The notes under the pieces: generated by a model
What the model saw: only the letters and a program-made list of their open reading frames with translations
Told to the model about the DNA's origin: nothing
Databases searched by the model: none
Translations under genes and position numbers: made by a program
NCBI GenBank assembly: GCA_000708835.1
Contig: DF237125.1
Location: 1 to 64,000 of the forward strand
DNA from: Klebsormidium nitens
Taxonomy: Eukaryota > Plantae > Klebsormidiophyceae
DNA length: 64,000 nt
Direction of reading: 5' to 3'
Shown here: in pieces, positions 1 to 11,100 of the stretch
How the letters are laid out: each line of letters begins with the position of its first letter
Position numbering within the stretch: position 1 is the first letter of the stretch

Positions 1-746
1 CGCGCAGCCGGGAGTCGGTGCGCAGTCGTGCCGTTACATCGGCGCTCTCACTAAGCTATCCGATCCGGTCCAATCTATCCAATTAACATGCCTGCTGTCT
101 CCACAAGCAAGAAGAAGAAGAAGAAGGTTCGAGGACAGCCCGAAAGCGTGAACCAACCTGACATTGGGTTGCTATGAGATTCAAGTAGAACTTCGCAAGT
201 GCTTCCATAAACTCGTTGCTTGAAAGGTGTTCTCTTTCGAAGAACGCCCCCACCAAAACAGATCTACAACTTGTAGTCTGGTGCATTGCATCATCGACAG
301 AAAGAACGAGGTTAATCAATGCTACAATGCTTGCTAGTCAAAAACCAAATTGAAGTCCGATCGTTTGCGGTACAAGGCTACGTATAATGATGTGGCATGA
401 AAAGTGCACAAAGACACGCTACAACTGTGCGCCTTTGAAAAGGGGCCCCGAGCCTGCCAAAGGTCTATGCAAACGCGATATAGTCATATTTATGTGCTCT
501 TGCAGAAATGAGGGAACTGCACAAATGTGGCAGCATGCTATCAAACCCCTATCAAACAGCTAGGTACGTCAAAGTGGAGCTTGACGCAGCATATTTGCTT
601 GTATGGAGGAGCCCTCTTGACCCTCTTACTCAGACCGAGCTCAGACCTTAATGGACTTCACGTTCTCTTTTTCTTTGTGGTAGACACATGGCCCATAGGC
701 TTCATATGACATGATACATGAATCATGTTTATGATGTTGTTCTTAA

Positions 747-1862
747 CCCTTTAACAGCGGGTGTTGCCTTTTGTTGCCTTTTGCAACCCCATGGTTATAT
801 TCGCGCGCTACGGCCTCCAAATTACCACAAATGGCCCCAGCTGTTCACATAATGTTTCAACGACTCAATATTAAAATTTAAAAAATGCAACTAGAATTTT
901 CCGGGTGGTCCGGGCCCATATATGAAGCTGACCCCCCAGTATACTGTTGCCTGTGTTGTTGCCCAAGGCAACAGGTCTGCAGGGGCCAACCGGGCAACAT
1001 CCGGGTGTTGTTGCCGCCAGGTCCAGGGCTATGTCTCTGCCCGGGTCCTCTGGCCGACCGTCCATGATGGTTTAGTGGGGGGGAGCTGTGCTAGAGCTTG
1101 TTGCCATGTGTCAATCATCCGCACAGCAGGGCAACACCAGTCATTCAATCTTGACCGTCCAGGTAGGCTTGTGACTGGGAGGTAACATTCCAACAACGGG
1201 GCCCTCTGTTTCGACTCTACGAGCAGTCGAGAACGAGTCTACGGGTGCAGGCTTCCGTTATCTTGTTGCCCTTTTCCCTGGCAAAATGGTAAAAAGGGCA
1301 ACAATAGAAATGGGGCCTAAAACGTAACAGACTGGCGCAGACTGCAACTACATAAGCAACTTTGCAAACCCTTGGAAGCAGCGGAGAGGCCCCGTTTTCA
1401 GCAAAGGCAACACGGCGAACGCGGCGCGCGGGCGCGCTGCAGCAGAAGCTATGAGCAACAAACAATAGCAGATCGTAACAAGCTTATACCTATGTTCGTG
1501 TGTTGCTCTTATAACTGTTGCTTATGGTTGCCCCAGTATTCACCGGTCACGGTGTCCGAGGCAACAGTAGCAACAAGGCCTCCGGAGCCTGGGCCCAAGG
1601 TGACTTGCAGAGAATCTTCGTTGGCCTGGTCGGAAAGGCCTTGGAACAGCAGAGGGTAGGCTGCTCGTTGGCCGGAAGCTCGCAGCCTCGATATCGCTCG
1701 ATTCCGAACCGTCACCGGCCGGCGCGCCGGTCCGTCAAATTTTCCGATCGGCGCCGTCCGATCGCGCAAGGCTCGTCGATCGAACGGTCAAATCGATTTT
1801 TGCGATTATCGCTAAAAATCAAGTACGGCGAGTCTGACGGGTTTTACCCCGCTGTTAAAGGG
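747..1862. mobile_element. Non-autonomous piggyBac-like DNA transposon (MITE), 1116 bp
   Basis: Perfect 15-bp terminal inverted repeats CCCTTTAACAGCGGG (747-761) and CCCGCTGTTAAAGGG (1848-1862), flanked by TTAA at 743-746 and 1863-1866. Interior is rich in GTTGCC/GGCAAC motifs and has no transposase ORF. Confidence 0.85.
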
Positions 1863-3122
1863 TTAAAGCTGCAGGGGCACATACCGTCGCGCTCTTGACG
1901 CTTTAGCAATATTGCTGGCGACTTGAAGGATTCAGTGAAGGTATTGACTCTAACTCCTCTCTAACTTAGGCGCTTTGACCATTGACCAAGTTAAGTAGTA
2001 AGTACAGAGGAAGCTGTACGGCAGACTGAGTCGAACCCGGGTCAACAATCCGTAGAGTCCGTCGTCTTTCCACTCTCCTCATTGGTCGGCTGATATACCA
2101 GTGACACATGGCAGCTTCCGAACGCATTGAAATTGTAACGCCCGGAAAACTCGACTGTCGACATACGGCCGTGACCCGTCACGGCGGATCAAGTTTGTTT
2201 TCGCAGCTATGTTGTCATTGGAGGGGGGCTTTTCGCAGCCCAGAGGGCCCTAGCTGAGGCTGGGGCTGGACTCTTGACTCTTGAGTCCGACTCCGACGAG
2301 TCTTGACTGAATGCAGAAGAGAAGCTCTGAGTCTTGCCGCATCAGGAGGTGCACAAGTGATTGCCTTGCTACTGCAGATATTGCTAACAGAGAGGTTCTG
2401 CAACGGAGAAAAAGCGGGGAAAAAGCACCCGAGGTGACCTGCGGTAGAAAGGTGAGTCTCTGATGACGAACACTCTTTGTGTGGGCCGCGCTCTTTCAAG
2501 CCCTCGGTGCATGAGCCTGTCGGACCCGGGTCGGACCCCAGGAGGACCCCTGAGCTCTGCAATCAAGGGCAGTAAACAGCTTGTCCAGGACTCCTTCGGT
2601 CGCTTGGAATTGCGCTGGCCCTATGTCAAGTATCGTTTCTCCCCAAGTGACATTCGGGGTGACATTATACGTGCTGTTTGCACCTGCCACTTGAATAGTC
2701 CTTAAAATCTGTCACATTGGTTGATGTTGTGGTGCTTTCGAGGGCAATCGCACGTTTACAAGAGGTGTGATGAGCCTGGACGTGTATTGGTGACCAGAAG
2801 TAGGAATCAGGAGATTGGGCCGGAGGGAAGAAGGTCTTCTGTGGGAGCCATTCTGTGCGCAGGAAGCTGCATGGTGTCAGAGCGTTGGGTAATGATTACA
2901 TGATGTGCAGTCTATCCGATCTGGCAGGAACATTCAGATGATATAATCACATTAGCAGCAGCCATGTGGCTCATGTGGGAACCTCACAAAACTGCTTCTA
3001 TTCGGAGAAAGAGCTTCTATGCAATTCTGGTCTGAATTTTGGAAGCTTGTTAGCCCCACTTTAACTGGCACTAGGGTTTCGTTTTGCAGGTTTACCCCTT
3101 GATTCGGAGCCACTTAAGGACC

Positions 3123-4124
3123 ATGGCACCAACCCTATTTGTGAGGATGCTAATCCTGGTGACCCTGTACGGGTGCGGGCCAATAAGTGGTGTCCACCCG
3201 TTTACTATTGAGGAGATGGGCAATCTGACGAACGAGAATGCCAATGTTCTCGCCAGCGTCGGGGCCCCCTCTAGTGGAGGGCAGGGCCCCGTCTGGAATC
3301 TGAGTAAGATCGATCTCGCCTACACTAGGAAGCTGTCAGGTCCCATTCCCCCTGAGCTCGGCAGCCTGACCAACCTCACCTGGCTCAGTCTCGTCAACCA
3401 CGCATTGTCAGGTCCCATCCCCCCTGAACTCGCCAAGCTCACCAAGCTTACCTTCCTCGATCTTTCTGCAAACAACCTCTCCGGCCCCATCCCCCCTGAA
3501 CTTTCCAGCCTGACCAACCTCACCGTACTTGAACTCTCTGGCAACAGACTCTCTGGTTCCATTCCCCCGCAGCTCGGCAGCCTGACCAAACTTACTTGGC
3601 TCAGCCTCCACTCCAACAACCTCTCCGGCCCCATTCCTCGTGAGCTCGGCAACTTGACCAAGGTAGATGTGGTATATCTCAACAACAACACCCTCTCCGG
3701 CCCAATTCCACCTGAGCTCGGCAGACTGACCAACGTGACTTACTTATCCCTCAACAACAACACACTCTCCGGCCCGATCCCTCCTGAGCTTGGCAAACTA
3801 ACCGACCTCTACGCCTTGAAACTCTCCGAGAACAACCTCTCGGGTCCGATCCCTCGTGAGCTCGGCAAAGCGATCATGACCCGCCTCTACGTCTTGGAAC
3901 TCTCCAACAACAGCCTCTCTGGTCCGATCCCCCTAAGTCTCTCCCGATTTCGCAACACAACTTTTTATCCGGGAAACTCTGGGCTGTGCTGCACCGACTG
4001 CAGCGCCAACTTCAGCTCACCGTGTCCTCCAGGAACATCATCATCATGTCCTTCAGTCGGACCCAATGTTGTCGGCGGAGTCGTTGCGGGAGCTGCTCTT
4101 TGCCTGGCGGTCCTGTTGACATAG
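3123..4124 (+). CDS. Secreted plant-type extracellular LRR protein (receptor-like), single coding exon, with C-terminal hydrophobic tail
   Basis: ATG at 3123 starts a signal-peptide-like segment MAPTLFVRMLILVTLYGCGPISG. About 9 repeats of the 24-aa motif LTxLxxLxLxxNxLSGPIPPELGx follow, then FYPGNSGLC, a Cys/Ser/Pro-rich linker and VVGGVVAGAALCLAVLLT-stop. Confidence 0.9.
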   Translation: MAPTLFVRMLILVTLYGCGPISGVHPFTIEEMGNLTNENANVLASVGAPSSGGQGPVWNLSKIDLAYTRKLSGPIPPELGSLTNLTWLSLVNHALSGPIPPELAKLTKLTFLDLSANNLSGPIPPELSSLTNLTVLELSGNRLSGSIPPQLGSLTKLTWLSLHSNNLSGPIPRELGNLTKVDVVYLNNNTLSGPIPPELGRLTNVTYLSLNNNTLSGPIPPELGKLTDLYALKLSENNLSGPIPRELGKAIMTRLYVLELSNNSLSGPIPLSLSRFRNTTFYPGNSGLCCTDCSANFSSPCPPGTSSSCPSVGPNVVGGVVAGAALCLAVLLT

Positions 4125-4980
4125 AACACAATCACAGGTGCTGGAAACGACCCGACCAGAGAACTCTCAGGTCATAGCTTACCTTGCAACAAGCAACAAG
4201 ACAAGAACCTAGTGGGAGACAACCATCCACCGGGGTTGGATAGGAAGCTAGTTCGTCTTGTGGCTTGGGCTTTATATCCATGCTTCTATAGCTTTGTTCG
4301 AGGGGGTTTCGGTTGGTTTTTGATTTGGCGGCATGCATTAGGCATCCTGTTTCGGCAATAGTCTGTTCGCTCCCAACACTTGGAGGTACTCTGTGCCAAC
4401 CGGACAGCAGACCAGATACGACAAATGCTGCTCCTTGTTTGCTTAATCTGGTTCACGTTTGAAAACTTAGTGTAGCCAATTGTATGATGTAACTCTGCAG
4501 GCCTAAGTTGTGGGTGTGCTTGCGAAGTTGCACCTGCATGCTGGGCAATGTTTCTTTAGGATGAACACCCAAGACATTTGTCTGGCCCCGTCCGGTAATG
4601 TCCATGTCCGGACCCTACGCTCAGGCCAGATCGAGATTTATACGTCAAGCGCGTCATGATGCTGTCTTTGTTGGCAGCCACGGCCTCCACTTCTACATGC
4701 ACTGGCACAGTCGATGATTCATTCAATGCAAGTTCGTTTTTCAGACGACCTTGCTAGTGAACCTATAGCTGGCTGGAGATTTTTCGGAGGACATGCGCAT
4801 GCCCCCTAATTAAGGTCGAGGACCCTTCGGACGGGCCCAGAATTGTCTTTTATGCGTCATTTGTTACAGACCCTGCAAGGGGGCGGAGGCCCCCAGGGGG
4901 CACATCCTGCCAGCGGACGCGTTTTCGCCAAATGGATTATGCCGAATCAGTATCGCATATATGATATAACACCATACTGT

Positions 4981-5009
4981 ATATCATGGTCGCTCGGCGA
5001 CCATGATAT
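4981..5009. repeat. Perfect hairpin with 13-bp stem and 3-nt loop
   Basis: ATATCATGGTCGC-TCG-GCGACCATGATAT read directly from the sequence. Confidence 0.8.
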
Positions 5010-8000
5010 GAGATGATCGTACATGATTCTCAATACACACAGTAATTATGATATATCATATGTATGATCGATGGTATTGGGTCGTCCCGTATGTTACATC
5101 GTATGATCGCCCAGCGGCTTGATAGTAGGGCTGGCCGGTCCGAAAAGGGCCGCTCGGGAACCACCTCATGTCCTTCCCGTCTACCGAGATCCCAACATTT
5201 CGACCAGACGGTTTTCGACCATACCCCCCGGGATCCACCTTTCAAATGCACGATTACCACCACCCCCAAAAAACACGACCTTTCAGTATAATAATTTCGA
5301 ATGCACGAAAGCGCGCTGTGCATTTACATCTAGTTCCTCATTCCGGAAAGGATGGAGCCTTGTATCTGGGGGGGTGGACAAGTCTTCGCCATTTGCTCGA
5401 TTACAAGAGACAGCGTCGGTCTGAAAAAATTAGCAAGTGGAGGTCTCATTGAGTTTATTCAGCACTTCGCAACTAATTCTCGAGTCCGGTTGCCGCCGAC
5501 ATACAGCCTACACAGGTAACTAGGACACCTGGAGGTTACTAACATTTGCAGATTTCGAGCTCCGGGCCGTCTAATTAAATTTGACGCTTGGTACCTAGTA
5601 CATCGCACGCCCATGTGTTTGTTCGATATTCTATTCCGATCGTAATTTGCCACTGTGGCCAAAAACATGCTGCGACCCGGTTGGTCCAAGTCGGATGCGT
5701 TCAATTCTTACAAACGTCAATATGCAGAATAGCTAGGTAGCTACGAACTCAAGCATCATCCAGGGGGATCGGCTGTATGCCGCACTGTATGCAATAAATG
5801 AATGCGTGGTGGTGACTCGCGTCGAACGGATTCGCTTATACCTTTTTAGTGTAGATGCATGGAAACCGTGCGGACAGAAGCATATGGACCTTGAACATAC
5901 CGTCCGCATGCGCGATGTACTTAGAATTTCAAGATCTTCTAGCTATTTTACCGTACGTGTGGTTAGTCGTGTACACATTTAGTGCTCAAGCTCTGCATGT
6001 ATGTATGATTCGATGCATGCACGACGGTATACGTACAGTATCCTTAGTAGTACCCTTGGCACCACTGGCAGAGATCTTAGGATGATACAGCATGGGACAA
6101 GGACTTCAATTTGTAAGTTCGGATGCACACTTTACCATATGGCCAACTTAGCCTAGTAGCCTAGTGATACGAATGCAATTCAATCAATTCTGTACTATAT
6201 ATTGCTGATATCGATTGAATGTACTATGATACGTCTTTATAGTATCATTTTCTAGTATCATATGTGACGCACGCGGTGCACTATGCACGCACAACCACGG
6301 ATGGATGGATCGGGATCGAGCTCATCGTACGGCCATACTATAATCGAGTCCAGGTCACCGGTTCCTAGGAAACTTAGTAAAAACATTTAGTCAAAACATA
6401 TAGTGCAACACACGTGAATGCGTGGACCAGGCTTGATCTTGAAACGTGACGTACATGCTGTGGAACGGAGCCAGACACCCCGCGGTCAGGCGCCCTGCGA
6501 GCTTACGATCACGATTTCTCAAATAGCATTTGCACGGAACACGCAATGCAATCATCACGGGCCTGTTTGAGCGCACAATTGCCTTTTTCAAACGCTTGTA
6601 ATGCCAGCGATTGACTCCTTGCATTTTTTGGGTGCGTTCTGGTTGGTTAATGAATCAATTAGGACCTGGTTCGCAGCATTCGACGCCTAGGGCCGCCTTC
6701 TTCGAATTGGACCTTGCAAGCCTCCGCAAAAACTGTGCCGCTCCTTCGATTGATACCTGCACAAAGGCAGACTCGTCAGTATTCTGAAACGCAACACGGC
6801 TTGACCCATCGGTGAGAGACCGTGTGCACATAATCCTGCTTGGAATCTCTCTTGCTGTGATGCTTTGGTGTGCGACGGCCGATTATATGGTAGACCTATC
6901 TTCAAAACTGAATGGTCAAGGTCAATGCTCGCTCAAGCAGCCACATTCGATCGCGATCGCCCTTCATCAGACTTGCGGGGTTGGTCTTCTTCACCAAATT
7001 TTGCCCGCTAGTCTATCAGCTGCGGCTCACATTCGCTCAGGGACGAAGGCGAGTGCAAATGGAGGTGACGCCCTCTTTCTACGAAAGCCTGACGAGGCAT
7101 TGTGATACATACAGCTCCGACGGTCCTGCAGGAGACAACGGAGACGAACAGGTTGCTGGATCTTAGATGCAGAGCTCAAAATGGTTTCACAGAGGGGGAC
7201 TTTGCCTGCTTTATCACCCCTTTTGCTAACTCGCATGCGCTTATTCCGTGAATGGCCGTTTCCCGGGATCCTCTTGGTCCCTTCAAAGTTGTACAAGGGG
7301 AGGAGTCTCTTCTTGGGACTTCAGATCTGTAAAACGGGGACAGTGGCTTCGTCAAACCTGTGAAAATATGACAGTGGCTTCATCAGGCAAATGCATATGA
7401 AGCGACGTGCTCACGGCCGAGAGGCGTTCGATCCGAAGTGATACGAAGTGCATCTGCACCAACTGCGAGGTTAGCAGTCAGTGTTTTGCCTACCATCATG
7501 AACCACCACTTGCAAAAAGCAATCGATTCGAACGGCCAATCACAAAGGCTCCTTGACAGAGCGGAATAGGTTTGGGATGACAAAATATACGCGAAATTTC
7601 GTTGGCGCGGCAGCAAGTCAAGCTTTCTCAATATCTCAGATTTGGAAACAAGCGTTTTGCTTGCTTTTTTTAGTTCTCTGAAGTAGTTATTGACACCAGT
7701 TAGCCTTCGTCAGTCTTACAACACGCCTCAAACGTGACGTTTGGGTCAAGGAAATCTTCAACATAAAGACCTCCTTGGCACCGCAAAGAACTCGTTTCCT
7801 GAAACGGTTTCGACGAGGAGAGTCGTGCTTACCAGCTCCACAACTCTGATCAGGCGGTCTCGAACACTCGGCGATTCAGCTTCCACTTGAAGTCAGTGCA
7901 AAGCATGCTTGATTCTTTCACATAAGACTATTCACTACGATGTTTCGTCCTAGTCCCGACGTATTTAACGCCGAGAGAAGAGGGCCACGCCCATTGTGGT

Positions 8001-8123
8001 ACAAGCAGCCATCATTCTTTTTTAGTCGACGGCCCCAGAACCGCCGAAAGCTGTAATCACGAGGTCCGAATTTTCGCTCACCAATGTAGCGGCCGTTGTG
8101 TTTCGACCCTAAGGGGAACGGCG

Positions 8124-11100
8124 TCAGAACGCGGCGTCTGAATGGTACTCCAAACGCTCAATGGCTTCGCACGCGCGCTCCATTTTGAGGCCCCGGCTGC
8201 CTTTCACCAGAACCAGGTCCCCAATCCCTAGAGTCAACGAGCCGCCAGCGCCCTCCATAGAGATCGCTTTCGCTAAGGTCGCAGAGTCCGGAAAGACTGC
8301 AGGGGGACGTGCGCAATTTCAGAACGAGACTTGTTTCTAAAAGGTGACAGCTTGAACCTGGCATGTCGAAGTGGGGACAATCGGGTTGTGACTAAGAGCA
8401 CAAAGAGTTGAGACCATGTGAGACCTGACGAACGAACGGCGAGCATCACCAGAGTCGCAAGTATTCAGAGCCTTTCAACAAGTCTGCTTTTCGTCTGATG
8501 TCTGAATATGGCAAAATGACCGTTGTCTCGATTATCAGATTCCGGATCAAGCATTTCGGACCCAGATGTTGCAGCTCGCTTGAGCCTTCCGTGAGATTCT
8601 TCCAGGCGGTTTTACCATGTTGCGTCAGCATCTACTGCGAAAGGCTGTCGCTTATTTCCTTCCAAGACGTGAATGATCAGATGCAGCGGCTCTCCGGCTA
8701 TCATAGAAGCTGCAAATATGGTAAACAGTAGAACAGATTCAAGTCACCGATCATTGCCAGCAAACGAATAAGTACGAGAGTCTGGAGAAAGGAGTTTGGT
8801 AGTAATCGGAACCTCCAGAACACAGGACTTGCGACGCTCTTGAAGAACCGAGCTTGTTAGCCAGGTGGTTGAGTCGGTAACGCAGTTAAGGAAGCCGAGC
8901 ACCGAGCAACTTTGAGGGAACCCAAATCATTCGTGAAAGGCGCTTACCCCGGAGGTCCAGATCCGAGGGCGCCACGCTGGCCGCCGCTTCTCGAAACACC
9001 TCGCCGCAGACTGCCACTAAGTCTATTCTGGATTCGACGCACTGCTGTAGAACTTCGATGTGGGCTTGACGCGACGCCTGCCCCAGCTCTGAAAAAGGAC
9101 GAGAGAGTACAACGTCAGCCTCCGTTTTAGACGGACTTGAGGAAACCGCTTCAAAAGGGCGCCTTCTCGAAACGCCTCGCCGCAGACTGCCACCAGGTCT
9201 ACTCTGGACTCGACGCACTGCTGAAGAACTTCGATGTGAGCTTGACGCGACGCCTGTCCCAGCTCTGGAAAAAGGACGAGCGAGTATGACGTCAGCCTTC
9301 GTTTTAGACGGACCTGGAGGAAACCGCTTCGAAATGGCGCCTTCCCGAAAGGCATCGCCGCAGATTGCCACCAGATCTATCCTGGGTTCGACGCACTGCT
9401 GAAGTACGTGGATGTGGGCTTGACGGGACGCCTGAACCAACTCTGCCGAGGGCCAAAAATTTCTGACGTCAGCCCTCCTTAGGGGGCGGATCCCGAGGAA
9501 GCGCGTTCGAGTTCTAGGAGCGGCGGTTCAAAGTGCAAAACCGCAATGTCTTGGAGCTTGTCTTGCTACCTCAAGTGACGTCATGAAGCCAATCCTCTGG
9601 TCGCTTCTGCGGTAAAGCGTCGAACGAAGCGCTGTTCTCGTTACGGATTTCACCAACTTATGTCGTCCCTACCTGCCCAGATCCGCTGACAACAGGATCA
9701 TCCCTCAAGTCCTTGCTGACCATAACAGAACCCCTAAACCTGCCGGCCGTCAGAACGTGTGGTCATCTCAAAGGTCCAGTAACATCCTTCCAACCACTGC
9801 TTGGGCTGCCTCTTTTAATATTGCCCGTGCATCTCCTCGATTGTCGGAAAAGCACAAACTGATAAAAGGTAGTTTGGTAACGTGAGCGTGCCTCACCTAG
9901 CATGTCTCCTAAAAGCGCCACTTTCTTGCCGCCGCACTCGACGCGCGCCAGCACCTCCAGTGCGCCCTTGACGCTCATTGGGTTTGCGTTGTAGGCGTCG
10001 TTCAGGAGCGTGAGGCCGCTTTTGTAGCACTTCTGCCAAAAAGCAGAGAAGGCAGGTCGGGCTACGTAAAGTTGGAAGTTGAGCCCAGGTGTGAATTGTC
10101 ACCGCATCGAGGTCTTCAACGTCAACGTCTTGGAGACCGCGCTTGGAAACCAAGCAGATTCCAACGGACTCGTCGATGATTTTCAGATTTTCGTAATGTC
10201 GTTATGCTAGAGCTTTTGGTCTTGGTCGGCGGGCTGCTCGAAGCGCACCTTTCGAGAGGCGTCGCAGTGAAATGAATGAGAATAGGGCATCCGGAGGCAG
10301 GATACGATGACCCGAGGCTTGATTAGGCAGAATCTGAGATCTGGAATCATTAACAAATCCATTTAATTTCTTTGAAACTTCTCCGCAAACGCGAAAGACG
10401 CAAGCACGAGACGAAACGAAACGAAACGAAACGAAACGAAACGAGGAGGCGGATCTGCCAGGGCCAATCAAAAATCTCATCAGTTTGCTACATCACTCGT
10501 TTTCTAAAACCAACAGTTCCGTCAGTCGAGCTCCATAAAACCTGCAAGTACCTCTGACGTCGAGAAAGTTTCTGGTCGCGGACGTCGACTGCCAACGTGA
10601 AACGTATTCTTACCTGGACTCGCATCCGCATCCCCACAGGCTCGTACTCCTGAATGCCCCGGACGGCAGTTTTCAAAGGGACTCCCAGCGCTACTGCCAC
10701 CGCAGCTGCAGCGGCAGCGTTCTTCAAAAGGTGCACACCTGGATGCTCAATCTGCACCACAAGCGAGGGTCTAAGCGAGGGTCTAGTGAGAACAGCTGAG
10801 GAGCGCAACGAATCGGTGTGTCATCAGCAGAAAGACGTGATTTATGAAAGAAAGCGAAATGTCCTGTGATTGAGCTTTCGAGGAGACTCTCAGCGCAACT
10901 GCCACAGTGGCCGCAGCAACAGCGTTCTTCAACAATTGCACCCCAGGGTGATCAGTCTGCACCGCAAGCGAGGGTCTAATGAGAACCTCTTGAGAGCGCG
11001 TCGACAAGTTTATCTAGGAAGGGAACTATCAGCAGAAGATGGGTGGTTTTGTGAAAGAAGGTTTGTTCTTCAATAGGGCTTCCAAGTGAACTCGTGCCTA

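Noticed and set aside
83-319. ORF with HLSSNEFMEALAKFYL, faintly like a piggyBac transposase C-terminal helix
   Set aside because: It is short, lies outside the TIRs and has no catalytic motifs, so it cannot be supported.
2025-2095. tRNA/SINE-like B-box (GGTTCGACTC on the minus strand)
   Set aside because: I could not fold an anticodon or acceptor stem.
3320-3733. Antisense ORFs over the LRR gene (likewise over the SEL1-patatin and LRR-XK genes)
   Set aside because: Shadow frames of repetitive, GC-rich coding sequence.
8446-8631. ORF ending ...ADLLKGSEYLRLW, resembling the MurF KGS motif
   Set aside because: The true terminal exon (VLVKGSRGLKME) is at 8296-8124 with the correct phase, so this match is coincidental.
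8948-9445. Regularly spaced repeats suggesting a CRISPR array
   Set aside because: The units are ~177-bp duplicated exon sequence without unique spacers, in a eukaryotic context.
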